Of a stretch of DNA of 42,521 bases, positions 28,349 to 38,763 are shown piece by piece; the first letter of the stretch is position 1; every line of letters begins with the position of its first letter. This DNA comes from Patescibacteria group bacterium (GTDB taxonomy: Bacteria; Patescibacteriota; Microgenomatia; UBA1406; GWC2-37-13). The stretch is from assembly GCA_038064655.1 (NCBI GenBank), contig JBBTSP010000001.1, positions 1 through 42,521 of the forward strand, given 5' to 3'. A program made the translations under genes and the position numbers. The notes under the pieces are model-generated. The model did not search any database. It worked only from the letters and a program-made list of their open reading frames with translations, and had not been told where the DNA came from.

Positions 28349-30589
28349 ATGATAATAACAACTTTAACTATTTTGTTTTACTCTTTTTCAACAATTATTA
28401 TTCTCTTCCTTTTGGGTATTGGATTAACTTTGTTATCAATACCAGATAAATTAAAGCCATATTCTCTTTGGCTAAGTCCATGGTATGCAATGTTTTTTTT
28501 AATATTTTTTTTAGTTATCTTTAGTCTTTTTGGTCTTTCTGTGAAACAAGTATCTCCTCTTTTAATTATTTTACTTTTATTTTTTGATGTATATGCAATT
28601 TTTAGCAATAAATTGAAACTAAAAATTGAGCCAAAAGCAGATATTATTATATTGATCTTTGTTCTGATAAGTATTCTTTTTAATTCCAGTCCGCTTATTA
28701 GGAGGGTTAAAATATTAACGACACTTTCATTAGGTAATAATGATGTTCTTATATATGCATCATTACCTGATTATCTTGTTGATTATTCGATCGCAGACAA
28801 TTACACTGTAGAAAACGAACCTTTAAAACCAACTACATACGGAGTCAATGGAATGATTAAAGACAATTTTCGTTGGGGTAGTCCTATTATAGTCTCGTTT
28901 TTTTTGAACATTTTTCAATTAAAAGGTTATCAATATGTTTACTTATTTCAATTACTTCTTTTTGGATTGACAATCCCCCTAATATATTTGCTATTTAATC
29001 TGTTGTACAAAAGCTCATTTTACGGCTTATTACTCTCTTTTTTTATTTTTACATTTAATGTTAATTTACTTTACATACTTTACCATGATTTCTTGGGACA
29101 GATATTTTTTTGGGGAATTGAAGTTTTTCTATTAATACATTTATTTTCTTATTTTTTTTCGAATGAAATAAAGAAAAATATTTTCAATAAGTCCGATTTC
29201 ATTATCGGTTTAACAATGTCCGTATTGTTTTTTTCTTATCATGAAGGAGTGGTTCTGATTATTGCACCAATATTTATATTTTTATTATTTAATTTAATAA
29301 CAGGAAATAATGTCATTTATTATCTACAAACTTTAATACGTATTTTTTTTATAACAGGGGTGACTAGTTTTTTATCAATCGCTCGCGCAGTTAAAATTGA
29401 TTTTTTGCAAGCTGGCGGGCTTGATGCTCCAATTGGATGGCAATTATTCAGAAATAAAATTCCTTTTGCTAATCCGTTTGAGGCATTGGGTTTTTATAGC
29501 ATCCATTCATTTGAGCCGTTGCCAACGATTCTGGCGATTTTACTTAGTTTATTTATAATTTTAGCTATTGTGAAAGGCGTCTTTCATTCCAAACAAAAAC
29601 TTCTCGTAATAAGTTTTTTGATTCTTTATCTATTTTTTTATTATTGGACGGGAATATTGCATAATAATTTTTTTGCCTATAATAGGGCGTTAACATATAC
29701 TCTTCCATTAGTAATAGTTTTGTTTTCGATTGGGACAACAAAATTTTACGAAAATAACAGGAAATTGGGAATTATTATCATCATTTTTCTCATTGGTGCG
29801 GTATTATATTCCGGTGTAAAATTAAATGGACGTTTTATCAGGGAATATCTTGCTGTTGACAGCTCACTTATTTCGTCAAAAGAACTTAACGATAACGAAA
29901 AAATTAACGAACCAATATTTACTGAGCAAACCATTACCGGACCCACAAATTTATGGCGGCAATTTTGGACAGATTATTTTTTATATCCAAATAAGTCAAT
30001 CTACACCCCGTTTAATATTAATAAAACAAAAGATAGTATTGCTGATGAAAGCTTGATATTAATATCAAAATTTTCATCGTCAAACAGCAATCCCTCAAAA
30101 ATTATTTTTAATAAAATAGAGTGGGAAAATGAACACTACATATTGGGACGTCTTTGTAACAGTGACAAATGCCTTTTAAGTCGAAATGAAGATTTGTCAA
30201 AAATTTTAGTGGGTAAAAATGAGTATGAAGACAGTTTATTATTTAGTGGCTGGGGAATAAAAGAGGGTAAAACCCGCTGGGCTAATGAAAAAGAATCTAC
30301 TTTAAGACTTGTAACTAAGGATATTTATCCGACCAATTTAACAATAGAAGCATTGAGTCTTGGTAAACCTCAGAAAATGACCGTATATCTTGATGATCAA
30401 CTGCTTGGAGAAATATTGATCAGTACAGAATGGAAAATTTATAACTTACCTATTAACTACATTCTTAACCCTGGCGTTCACAGGATAAAATTTGTATATT
30501 ATCATGGATATAGGCCAATGGATGTAATTCCGGATAATCTTGATGGTCGGACGCTTTATGTTAATTTCAAAAAAATTGCCTTAGAATAA
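28349..30589 (+). CDS. GT-C-like membrane protein, family B, with extra C-terminal beta-rich domain
   Basis: WLSPW, TTLSLGNND, FRWGSP, LWRQFW, IEWENE. C-terminal GWGIKEGKTRW domain. Confidence 0.6.
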   Translation: MIITTLTILFYSFSTIIILFLLGIGLTLLSIPDKLKPYSLWLSPWYAMFFLIFFLVIFSLFGLSVKQVSPLLIILLLFFDVYAIFSNKLKLKIEPKADIIILIFVLISILFNSSPLIRRVKILTTLSLGNNDVLIYASLPDYLVDYSIADNYTVENEPLKPTTYGVNGMIKDNFRWGSPIIVSFFLNIFQLKGYQYVYLFQLLLFGLTIPLIYLLFNLLYKSSFYGLLLSFFIFTFNVNLLYILYHDFLGQIFFWGIEVFLLIHLFSYFFSNEIKKNIFNKSDFIIGLTMSVLFFSYHEGVVLIIAPIFIFLLFNLITGNNVIYYLQTLIRIFFITGVTSFLSIARAVKIDFLQAGGLDAPIGWQLFRNKIPFANPFEALGFYSIHSFEPLPTILAILLSLFIILAIVKGVFHSKQKLLVISFLILYLFFYYWTGILHNNFFAYNRALTYTLPLVIVLFSIGTTKFYENNRKLGIIIIIFLIGAVLYSGVKLNGRFIREYLAVDSSLISSKELNDNEKINEPIFTEQTITGPTNLWRQFWTDYFLYPNKSIYTPFNINKTKDSIADESLILISKFSSSNSNPSKIIFNKIEWENEHYILGRLCNSDKCLLSRNEDLSKILVGKNEYEDSLLFSGWGIKEGKTRWANEKESTLRLVTKDIYPTNLTIEALSLGKPQKMTVYLDDQLLGEILISTEWKIYNLPINYILNPGVHRIKFVYYHGYRPMDVIPDNLDGRTLYVNFKKIALE

Positions 30590-30594
30590 TAACT

Positions 30595-32781
30595 ATGAAA
30601 AAAAAATTTGATTTTTCTTGGATTTTGGTCACTTTGATAATTTTTTTAATAAGCCTGTTTTTTTATAGAAATTTGTGGAACCAAGTTATAACCAAAGATA
30701 AAGTAAATCAATTGACAATTCAGGGAGAATCCCCTGTTTACGAATTTGTTGCCGAGACAGTCAGAAATAATATTCTTTCTTTAAAAAATCCTTTTTCTAA
30801 AACGGACTCAGTGCTATATCCATTTGGCTGGCGATTTGCTCTAGATGATGTTACTCCTATTTTTGGAGTTTATTTTTTATTGCTAAGACCGTTTTTATCG
30901 ATTCACCAGTCATTTATACTGATCATTCTTTTGGGAGTAATTATTTCCGGTTTGACAATGTATTATCTTCTTTTGCTTCTAAAAATAGATAAGTTGCCTG
31001 CATTATTGGTGGGATTGATATTTTGTTACAGTCCATTTGTAACTGTACGTATAGGAGCTCATCCTTCTTATACTACTCTTTATCTTTTTACTTTCCCGGC
31101 AATTTTTTTTATCAAATTGATCAGAGAAAAAAAGCAGTTTAAAAAATATTTATTTTCAACTCTACTTGCGATTAGTTTGTCGATTATTTTTTTAACCAAT
31201 TTATATTTTGCCGTAATGATGGCGATTATGGTATTTGTTTTATTAATTATTAATTATCTATATTTTCACAAACAAGTATTAAAAATAATAATAAGAGACA
31301 AAAAATACTTTTTGACTACTTTTAGTTTATTTTTTTTGATTTTATCTCCTTGGATACTTGAAGTTTTAAAAGTTATATCTGTAGGTCGGGATGTTTCATC
31401 GGATTGGAATGACATTATTTCTTATTCGGCGGATCTAACCAATATATTTATACCTCTTGGTTCAAATCCTTTTTACCGTCAGATACTTGAAATATTGGGT
31501 TCAAAATATTTATATATTTCAAATATATTTGAGAATTTTATCTATCCCGGGTTAATAATAATAGTTTCCATGACAGCTTTCCTATTTGTTTCAAAAAAAC
31601 TGCCAAAATTACTAAAGCCGATTTATTTTACAGCTTTATTATTTTTGGTATTAACTTTTGGCCCGTTTCTTAAAATTTTCGGTTTTAATCTGAAAATACC
31701 CCTTCCTTATATAATTATTCCTTATATCCCCTATCTGCAAATGGCCCGATCGCCGGGAAGATTTATTGTCCCATTTATTTTTTTATCATCGATTATAGTT
31801 GCTTTTGTAATCCAACATTTTATAAACAAAATCAAGAAAAAATGGCTTAAAGTTCTTATTTTGTTTACTTTATTTTTTATATTTATCTTTGATCAGATTA
31901 CCATAGTTAGTTCACCTACGACTGTCAAAATTCCAAATAAGATTTACGAATATTTATCCAAACAAAAAACCGGTCCCGTTTTGGAAATTCCTTTTTCAAT
32001 AAGAGATTCGATAAAGAATTTTGGTTATGCTAATGTAATTTGGTCGCCTTACGCCCAACTGTTGCATCACCAAAAAATTTTTGGAGTATATGCGGGAAGA
32101 ATACCTAATGTATTGTTTAATTATTATTTAAAAGATTCATTAATTGGTCAATTGGGTAAGATTATAACTTCAGCTAATGTTGACTATGAATCTTTGATAA
32201 AAAAAATCAATCGTCAAGATTTTATAAATAAAATTGATTTTTATCAAATTTCTTATGTTATAAATAAAAACAACGAAAAATATTCTCCTTTTATCACTTC
32301 TTTATTTAAGGAAATTGGATTTGTAAAAATAATAAATGAGGGTGATTATGATTTGTATTTTCGAAAACCCACAATGACTATTACAGAGATAAATTTTGAT
32401 TCTCCAACTGATGAATTAGCTTTGACTGATGAAGGATGGGGTAAAAAAGAGCCAAATGTCAAAACTCGTTGGATGATGACTAAGGCAAACAAGGTATTTA
32501 TGAGTTTAGAAAAGACTAATAAAAAAAATTTAATTGTTGAAGGGGAAGCAATCGTTAATACTCAGATTGCCAAAGTTTATGTTAATGATAAATATATAGG
32601 AAAAATGACATTTCCAATAGGAAGATACAGCAGACAACAATTATCGATAAATAATCTTAGGCAAGGTTTAAATATAATTACTTTTAAATTTAAAAATACT
32701 CATGACCTGTCACAGCTTATTCCTGGGTCAAAAGACAAAAGACAGTTGACTCTTCACGTAAAATATATAGGATTGAAATAG
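30595..32781 (+). CDS. GT-C-like membrane protein, family A, with extra C-terminal beta-rich domain
   Basis: LYPF, SADLTNIFIP, FENFIYPG, RSPGRF, VLEIPFSIRD. C-terminal GWGKKEPNVKTRW domain. Confidence 0.65.
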   Translation: MKKKFDFSWILVTLIIFLISLFFYRNLWNQVITKDKVNQLTIQGESPVYEFVAETVRNNILSLKNPFSKTDSVLYPFGWRFALDDVTPIFGVYFLLLRPFLSIHQSFILIILLGVIISGLTMYYLLLLLKIDKLPALLVGLIFCYSPFVTVRIGAHPSYTTLYLFTFPAIFFIKLIREKKQFKKYLFSTLLAISLSIIFLTNLYFAVMMAIMVFVLLIINYLYFHKQVLKIIIRDKKYFLTTFSLFFLILSPWILEVLKVISVGRDVSSDWNDIISYSADLTNIFIPLGSNPFYRQILEILGSKYLYISNIFENFIYPGLIIIVSMTAFLFVSKKLPKLLKPIYFTALLFLVLTFGPFLKIFGFNLKIPLPYIIIPYIPYLQMARSPGRFIVPFIFLSSIIVAFVIQHFINKIKKKWLKVLILFTLFFIFIFDQITIVSSPTTVKIPNKIYEYLSKQKTGPVLEIPFSIRDSIKNFGYANVIWSPYAQLLHHQKIFGVYAGRIPNVLFNYYLKDSLIGQLGKIITSANVDYESLIKKINRQDFINKIDFYQISYVINKNNEKYSPFITSLFKEIGFVKIINEGDYDLYFRKPTMTITEINFDSPTDELALTDEGWGKKEPNVKTRWMMTKANKVFMSLEKTNKKNLIVEGEAIVNTQIAKVYVNDKYIGKMTFPIGRYSRQQLSINNLRQGLNIITFKFKNTHDLSQLIPGSKDKRQLTLHVKYIGLK

Positions 32782-32785
32782 CTTT

Positions 32786-33505
32786 TTATTTCTTGGCTAC
32801 GATAATTACTGAAAGACCAAATGGAAGATCAAAATATTTAATTAATACTGCTTCAAAAAAAAGAGGAATTTTAAATAGCCAGTTTAAAATAGGATTGATT
32901 TGTTTAACGTCAGAGACGGAAGATTTATCCAACATTCTTTTTAATATCGCCAAAGGAAATAAAAAACAATTAACATAGCTGGCTTTTAAAACTTCAAAAT
33001 TATTATTTTTTAATAATATTTTTAATTCTTCTTTTTCAAATCGGTGTTTTGTGTGGACAGCAATATCATGGCTGCCGTAGAGAAATTGGAAAGCAGGGAC
33101 CCGAATAAATAAAACGCCTCCGGGTTTCAATATCCGGTAAAATTCCTTGATTACTTTTTTATAATCTTTCACTTGCTTATGGTATAAGACATCAAAACAG
33201 GCAACGACGTCAAACGATTTATTTTTAAAAGAAATTTTATCGACGTTTCCGAGTTTTAAATTTGTTAGCTTTCTTTTTTTACAGAATTTTATTGCTTCTT
33301 GTGATATATCTATTCCAAAAACTTGACCATAATTTTTTAAAAATAAAATATTTCTTCCCGTTCCACAACCGGCGTCAAGAATTTTTAACTGTTTATTTTT
33401 AGGTAAATATTTATCAAGTAAAGTTTTAGTTATTCTTCTCATTCCTTGATACCAAAAATGACTGTCCTCAACTTCATACATTATTTTGTACTCACGTGTT
33501 TCCAT
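32786..33505 (-). CDS. Class I SAM-dependent methyltransferase
   Basis: EDSHFWY, ILDAGCGTG, FDVLYH, LKPGG, VPAFQFLYGSHD. Confidence 0.9.
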   Translation of the reverse strand: METREYKIMYEVEDSHFWYQGMRRITKTLLDKYLPKNKQLKILDAGCGTGRNILFLKNYGQVFGIDISQEAIKFCKKRKLTNLKLGNVDKISFKNKSFDVVACFDVLYHKQVKDYKKVIKEFYRILKPGGVLFIRVPAFQFLYGSHDIAVHTKHRFEKEELKILLKNNNFEVLKASYVNCFLFPLAILKRMLDKSSVSDVKQINPILNWLFKIPLFFEAVLIKYFDLPFGLSVIIVAKK

Positions 33506-33510
33506 GAAAT

Positions 33511-34821
33511 TTACAAGGTATTTAAAAAATGATAAAGCTTGGATGCAGAATTACTCCAGCTAAATTTTTTACTTTGCTTAATTCCCGATCGTCCCAGTTT
33601 TTGAGCAATTTTCGGATATTTGATTAAATGTTTAATTTTATTTTTCAAATCATAGTAATCAAACGGATCAATATATAAAACGGAATTTTTTCCCACTTCC
33701 GGTAACGATGAATTATTGGAGCAAATAACAGGAGTTCCCAAAAACATACTTTCCAGTACAGGTAGTCCGAATCCTTCATATAAACTTGGATAAATAACCG
33801 CGTATGAATTTATTATAAGATCGATGAGATATTCATCATTGAGATATTCAAGAATTAAAATTCTATTTTTACTTTTAATTGGAAAATTCTCTTTTACAAA
33901 ATTAGCTACATTAACTTTAATGTTTCCCCAGCCTTCCCCACCCATAAGAACAAATTTAAAATCAGCGGGTATTTGTTTTTCTTTATGGAGGTCAAAAAAA
34001 GCCTGGACAAGGTTAATAATATTTTTTCTTGGCTCAAAGGTGCTATAAAATAATAAATAGCGACCCTTTTTAATATTACAGATTTGTTTCTGGCTCAAGT
34101 CATCAAAATTTGACTTATGTTTTGACAAAAATACTGAGTCAATACCAGGATAGCAGATTGTAATTTCTTTGTTTTTAAATGCAGGATATGATTTTAATAG
34201 ATCATCCTTGGTGCATTTACTAATGCACACTATTCCTTGACAATGCCTTTGAGCAAAATAAAGTTTTCTTTTTGATAAGTCAACTGTTTCAAAACGGTGA
34301 TATTGAGACATAATTACCGGAGTTAAATCAAAAATCGTAATGACATTTTTAAAATCTTTTAGGGGATAAAAACTGGTTTCAGAATGATAAACTACGGTCA
34401 CCTTATATTTACTTAATTGTTTTTTTAAAAAAGAAATATATTCCTGAAAACGGAGTTCATCAATAATATGGAAATATAATTTTTTAATGGGTAGAATGAG
34501 GTTGATTATTTTTAAAAAAGGTTTTAAAAAAGATTCAAGAAGTCTCAATCCAAAAAATGAAGAATATTTTTGGATTGTGGGAATATTTTTTATGAATAAA
34601 ATAGATTGATTATTCAATAGATCGATTATGTCCTTATTGATGGGAGAATTAAGAAGGTCTTTATTAAAAGAAAAAAGAATTATCTTAGTGTTTTTTTTGT
34701 TACTTTTTACATAAGTGCCCATGGCTTTTATCAGTCCGTAATAATATCTGTAAACTCCTGATTTGTCACCAAAACTACCAGATGCTAAAAGAAGCGGACT
34801 GATTTCAAAAGCAATATTCAT
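33511..34821 (-). CDS. GT4 family glycosyltransferase
   Basis: [41 protein letters not shown]. Confidence 0.9.
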   Translation of the reverse strand: MNIAFEISPLLLASGSFGDKSGVYRYYYGLIKAMGTYVKSNKKNTKIILFSFNKDLLNSPINKDIIDLLNNQSILFIKNIPTIQKYSSFFGLRLLESFLKPFLKIINLILPIKKLYFHIIDELRFQEYISFLKKQLSKYKVTVVYHSETSFYPLKDFKNVITIFDLTPVIMSQYHRFETVDLSKRKLYFAQRHCQGIVCISKCTKDDLLKSYPAFKNKEITICYPGIDSVFLSKHKSNFDDLSQKQICNIKKGRYLLFYSTFEPRKNIINLVQAFFDLHKEKQIPADFKFVLMGGEGWGNIKVNVANFVKENFPIKSKNRILILEYLNDEYLIDLIINSYAVIYPSLYEGFGLPVLESMFLGTPVICSNNSSLPEVGKNSVLYIDPFDYYDLKNKIKHLIKYPKIAQKLGRSGIKQSKKFSWSNSASKLYHFLNTL

Positions 34822-34876
34822 CCTGACATTTTATCACATTGAATAATCGATAAATATAGATTAGAATGTTGGCTAT

Positions 34877-35431
34877 ATGAAATTGTCCTTTTTAACAATC
34901 GGAGATATCGATGAGAAAAATCAGAAAAATATATATAAACAAAATTATTTATCTCCTCAATCGATTGAGGGAGTAAAAATAATTGATTTCAAAAATATTG
35001 CCAGTGAGGAAGGCGACTTCTCCGAAATAGTCCGTCTCAAAAAAGGAAAGATAAAACAAATTCCGGATTTTGAAATTGCCCAGATCAATAGAACCCGACT
35101 AATTCCCGGGTCAATAAAAGCGTGGCACCTACATTTTAAACAAGATTTTATTTGGTATGTCTCCCCTTTTGATCATCTTTTTGTTGGCTTATGGGATTTG
35201 AGAAAAAGATCTAAAACTAATGGCCAGGTAATGAGGATTATTTTGGGAACAGGTAATTCTCAATTATTATTTATCCCTAAGGGAGTCGCTCAGGGAACGG
35301 CAGTCTTTCAACACTTACCCTTGGATCTGTATGTTTTTTGCAACAAGCAGTTCAATATTAAGGAGCCTGATGAAAAAAGATTACCTTGGGATAGTTTGGG
35401 AAAAGATTTTTGGCTTCCAAAAAAAGATTAA
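34877..35431 (+). CDS. RmlC-like cupin (dTDP-4-dehydrorhamnose 3,5-epimerase family)
   Basis: GDFSE, PGSIKAWHLH, DLRKRSKT, LFIPKGVAQG, PDEKRLPWD. The usual second His (GVAHG) is Gln. Confidence 0.8.
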   Translation: MKLSFLTIGDIDEKNQKNIYKQNYLSPQSIEGVKIIDFKNIASEEGDFSEIVRLKKGKIKQIPDFEIAQINRTRLIPGSIKAWHLHFKQDFIWYVSPFDHLFVGLWDLRKRSKTNGQVMRIILGTGNSQLLFIPKGVAQGTAVFQHLPLDLYVFCNKQFNIKEPDEKRLPWDSLGKDFWLPKKD

Positions 35432-35432
35432 T

Positions 35433-36539
35433 ATGAATTTATCTTTCAACCACACTAAACTTAAAGCGATTAGAAATAAAAAAGAAATCCTCAAACAAAT
35501 AGGCCATATTATTGATCAAGGCATTTTTCTTAATGGTAAATACGTCAAAGAAACAGAAGAGCTGTTAAAAAAATATTTTGAAGTAAAATATTTTTTAACT
35601 TGCGGTTCAGGTCATGATTCTTTACTTTTGTCTCTTCAATCTTTAGGCTTGAAAAAGGAAGATGAAATTATTTTTCCGGTCAATGCTTATCCAACCGCTT
35701 TTCCTGTATTTATGAGCGGATCAAAAGGTGTTCCTGCCGATGTTGATGATAATGGACAGTTGGACCCCGATCAGGTCATTAAATTGATCACTTCAAAAAC
35801 AAAGGCAATAATTATTGTTCATCTATACGGGTTAGTTGGTGATCTGAAAAAGATTATTAATATATGCAAAAAAAATAAAATATTTTTGATTGAAGACTGT
35901 GCTCAGGCTTTTGGAAGTAGATATCATGGTAAATTGGTCGGTACTTTTGGGAACATCGGATGTTTCTCCTTTTACCCAACAAAAAATCTGAGCACTCTTG
36001 GAGATGGAGGGGGAATAATAACAAAAAATAAAAAACATTTTGATTTTTTAAAAAAAGCAGTTCAATACGGAGAAAAATATCGTTATCAAAGTGAATTTAT
36101 TGCCGGTCATAGTCGGTTGCCGGAAATTCAATCATCAATAATTAATTTATATTTGAAGACAATTGACAGGGAATTTTCAAAAAGAAAATATTTAGCAAAC
36201 TATTATGTGAAACAAATAATAAAATATGATTTAAATAAAAATATCACAGTATTAACATCAGATAAGGACAGCGACCCCGTAAATCATCTATTTGTAATAA
36301 AAGCAAGGTCACGGGACGGACTGAGGAATTTTCTAAAAAAAGAGAATATTAAAACTTTTATTCATTATCCCTTTATAATAAATAAAGTTCCTGCTTTCAA
36401 TTTTTTATCAAAAAATTCATTCCCAAGAGCAGAAAAATTATCAAAACAAATTATTAGTCTGCCTTTCCATCAATATCTTGATAAAGAACAGATTAATTAT
36501 ATTATTCAAACATTGGCAAAATTTTATCTAAGTAAATGA
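35433..36539 (+). CDS. DegT/DnrJ/EryC1/StrS sugar aminotransferase
   Basis: VHLYG, IEDCAQAFG, SFYPTKNL (Schiff-base Lys), GDGG, SRLPEIQ, HYP, SLP. ATG at 35433 follows the cupin stop. Confidence 0.9.
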   Translation: MNLSFNHTKLKAIRNKKEILKQIGHIIDQGIFLNGKYVKETEELLKKYFEVKYFLTCGSGHDSLLLSLQSLGLKKEDEIIFPVNAYPTAFPVFMSGSKGVPADVDDNGQLDPDQVIKLITSKTKAIIIVHLYGLVGDLKKIINICKKNKIFLIEDCAQAFGSRYHGKLVGTFGNIGCFSFYPTKNLSTLGDGGGIITKNKKHFDFLKKAVQYGEKYRYQSEFIAGHSRLPEIQSSIINLYLKTIDREFSKRKYLANYYVKQIIKYDLNKNITVLTSDKDSDPVNHLFVIKARSRDGLRNFLKKENIKTFIHYPFIINKVPAFNFLSKNSFPRAEKLSKQIISLPFHQYLDKEQINYIIQTLAKFYLSK

Positions 36540-37261
36540 AAAAAATTAGCAGTCTATCGATCTTTTTTCCGTTCTTAAATGATGAGGCAACCGTATCAAG
36601 GCAGATTATTTGTGCTTATTCAATAGGAAAAGAAGTTGCTTCTGATTTAGAGGTGATTGCCCTTCATGGAGGGAATTCAAGAGATAAAACTTTCAAAAAA
36701 ATTAAAGAAATGAAAATGATTTTTCCAAATTTAAAAATTATTAATAGACCAAAGAATAATGAAGGATATGCGGTCATTAAATATGGATTTAAAAAAGCAA
36801 CCAAAGATTGGGTTTTTTATACCGATGGAGATGCTCAATATCATTTGGAAGAAAACTTGCCAAAGTTAGTAAAAAAACAAATGGAGACAGGCGCAACTAT
36901 CATTAACGGTTATAAAATTAGACGGCATGATAATATTTTGAGAGTATTGTTAGGAAACATTTATCGTTTATTGGCAAAGTTTATATTTAAACTGCCAATC
37001 AGGGATATTGACTGCGATTTTCGCTTAATTAAAAAATCATTGTTGAACAAGGTTAATCTTGAAAGTAAAGACGCATCCATTCTTACCGAACTAATAAAAA
37101 AATTACAATTTGCCGGTGGTAAATTTTCTGAAGTCCCGGTTGGTCATTATTCAAGAACTTATGGAAAATCGAACTATAAAATACTTGATCTTATAAAAGA
37201 AAAAATATTAGGTGACATTAAGTTGTATCTTTCTCTCAGAAAGAAAAATTTGATAAAATAG
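36536..37261 (+). CDS. GT2 polyprenyl/dolichyl-phosphate glycosyltransferase-like (short, DPM1-like)
   Basis: SIFFPFLND, NEGY, YTDGDAQY, RDIDCDFRLI, EVPV..R.YGKS. ATGA overlap with the aminotransferase. Confidence 0.85.
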   Translation: MKKISSLSIFFPFLNDEATVSRQIICAYSIGKEVASDLEVIALHGGNSRDKTFKKIKEMKMIFPNLKIINRPKNNEGYAVIKYGFKKATKDWVFYTDGDAQYHLEENLPKLVKKQMETGATIINGYKIRRHDNILRVLLGNIYRLLAKFIFKLPIRDIDCDFRLIKKSLLNKVNLESKDASILTELIKKLQFAGGKFSEVPVGHYSRTYGKSNYKILDLIKEKILGDIKLYLSLRKKNLIK

Positions 37262-37288
37262 TGTTCAATTTTGTGATAAAATCTAATC

Positions 37289-38008
37289 ATGGACACGGTC
37301 ATCGCTTTTGAAAAAGTCGATAAGTATTTTTTTCTTCAACACCAAAAAACACTCAAGGAGTTAGTCCAAGCTATCTTCAGGAAACAAAAAACTTTAGAGA
37401 GAGTCCATGCTTTAAAAAATATTAATTTTTCTGTAAAAAAAGGCGAGACGGTTGGGGTCATTGGGAAAAACGGCGCCGGAAAATCCACCTTGCTTAAACT
37501 TATGGCTGGTGTCTCTTCTCCAACGTCAGGTAACATAAAAATTACCGGTAGAGTGTCACCTCTTATCGAACTTGGGGCGGGATTTCATCCGGAACTAAGC
37601 GGAAAAGAAAACATTTTTTTAAATGGCGTTATACTCGGGATGGAAGAAAAATTCTTGATTGATAAGTTTCAAGAAATAGTTGATTTTTCCGAAATTGACA
37701 TGAAATTTATTTATACTCCAGTCAAATATTATTCATCGGGCATGTATATGAGATTAGCTTTTGCTGTTGCTGTATTTACTCAACCCGATATCTTATTGAT
37801 TGATGAGATACTGGCAGTTGGAGATACGGCTTTTCAGACAAAGTGCATAAAAAAAATGGAAGAATTCAAAAAACTTGGGGTGACGACGATCTTTGTCTCC
37901 CACTCGCTTGAAACGGTTAAACAATTTTGTTCGAGAGTAATATATTTGAAAGAAGGTAAGGTGGAATTTGATGGGGACGTGGAGGAAGGAATTAAAAAAT
38001 ATGTTTAA
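37289..38008 (+). CDS. wzt: Polysaccharide ABC exporter ATPase (Wzt/TagH-like, no C-terminal CBM)
   Basis: GKNGAGKST, ELGAGFHPELSGKEN, YSSGMYMRLAF, IDEILAVGD, SH. Confidence 0.92.
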   Translation: MDTVIAFEKVDKYFFLQHQKTLKELVQAIFRKQKTLERVHALKNINFSVKKGETVGVIGKNGAGKSTLLKLMAGVSSPTSGNIKITGRVSPLIELGAGFHPELSGKENIFLNGVILGMEEKFLIDKFQEIVDFSEIDMKFIYTPVKYYSSGMYMRLAFAVAVFTQPDILLIDEILAVGDTAFQTKCIKKMEEFKKLGVTTIFVSHSLETVKQFCSRVIYLKEGKVEFDGDVEEGIKKYV

Positions 38009-38762
38009 ATACTGGTCTTTACTAAAAAAACTAACATCGCGGGAGATTAAGGCGAGGTATAAGCAGTCTTTTTTGGGCTTTTTTTGGATTATTTTAAATC
38101 CCCTTTTTCAGATGATTATCATGAGCTTTGTTTTTTCCAAAATCATGAAAATGACGGGAATTGGCGTCCCCTACCCAATCTATCTTTATGCCGGTTTACT
38201 GCCCTGGTTGTTTTTTGCCAACTCCATTTCTTCGGCAATGGGGGCGTTGACAAACAATGCTTCTCTCATTAAAAAAATTTATTTCCCCCGGGAAATACTT
38301 ATTTTATCGACTCTTTTGGCCAAAGTGTTTGATTTTAGTCTGGCGATCTTCGTCTTTGTTGTTTTGATGATATTTTTCAAAATCCCCTTCACTTTTTTTA
38401 TGTTCTTCTTTTTCCCGATATTTTTACTACAATTTATTTTTACTTATGGTCTATCCCTGCTTCTTTCGGCTTTAAATCTTTTTTACCGTGACATCCAGTA
38501 TTTATTTGATTTGGTAATGACCCTTTGGTTTTATCTGACTCCGGTAATTTATGCAACAGAATTTTTCCCGGCAGAATATCGTTATATTTTTAAAATTAAC
38601 CCGATGTCAGTGTTTATAAATGCTTACCGCCAAGTTTTATTTAACGGCACTTTTCCTAATTGGGAAAGTCTTACGATTGGGTTTTTAGTTTCTATTGGAT
38701 TATATTTGATCGCTCACAAAATATTCAAAAAATTAGAAGGAATGTTTGCCGATGTGGTCTAA
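38001..38762 (+). CDS. wzm: Polysaccharide ABC exporter permease (Wzm/TagG-like)
   Basis: REIKARYKQSFLGFFW, KKIYFPRE, YRDI, WFYLTPVIY, NPM. GGAGGA-like sequence upstream of the ATG at 38001. Confidence 0.92.
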   Translation: MFKYWSLLKKLTSREIKARYKQSFLGFFWIILNPLFQMIIMSFVFSKIMKMTGIGVPYPIYLYAGLLPWLFFANSISSAMGALTNNASLIKKIYFPREILILSTLLAKVFDFSLAIFVFVVLMIFFKIPFTFFMFFFFPIFLLQFIFTYGLSLLLSALNLFYRDIQYLFDLVMTLWFYLTPVIYATEFFPAEYRYIFKINPMSVFINAYRQVLFNGTFPNWESLTIGFLVSIGLYLIAHKIFKKLEGMFADVV

Positions 38763-38763
38763 T

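Noticed and set aside
22400-32781. Poly-A/T tracts as phase-variation switches
   Set aside because: Such runs are everywhere in this AT-rich sequence and all these frames are intact.
35331-35432. Longer ORF-track starts (also 205, 8537, 37968, 38746)
   Set aside because: The extensions overlap upstream genes and lack family similarity, so downstream ATGs fit better.
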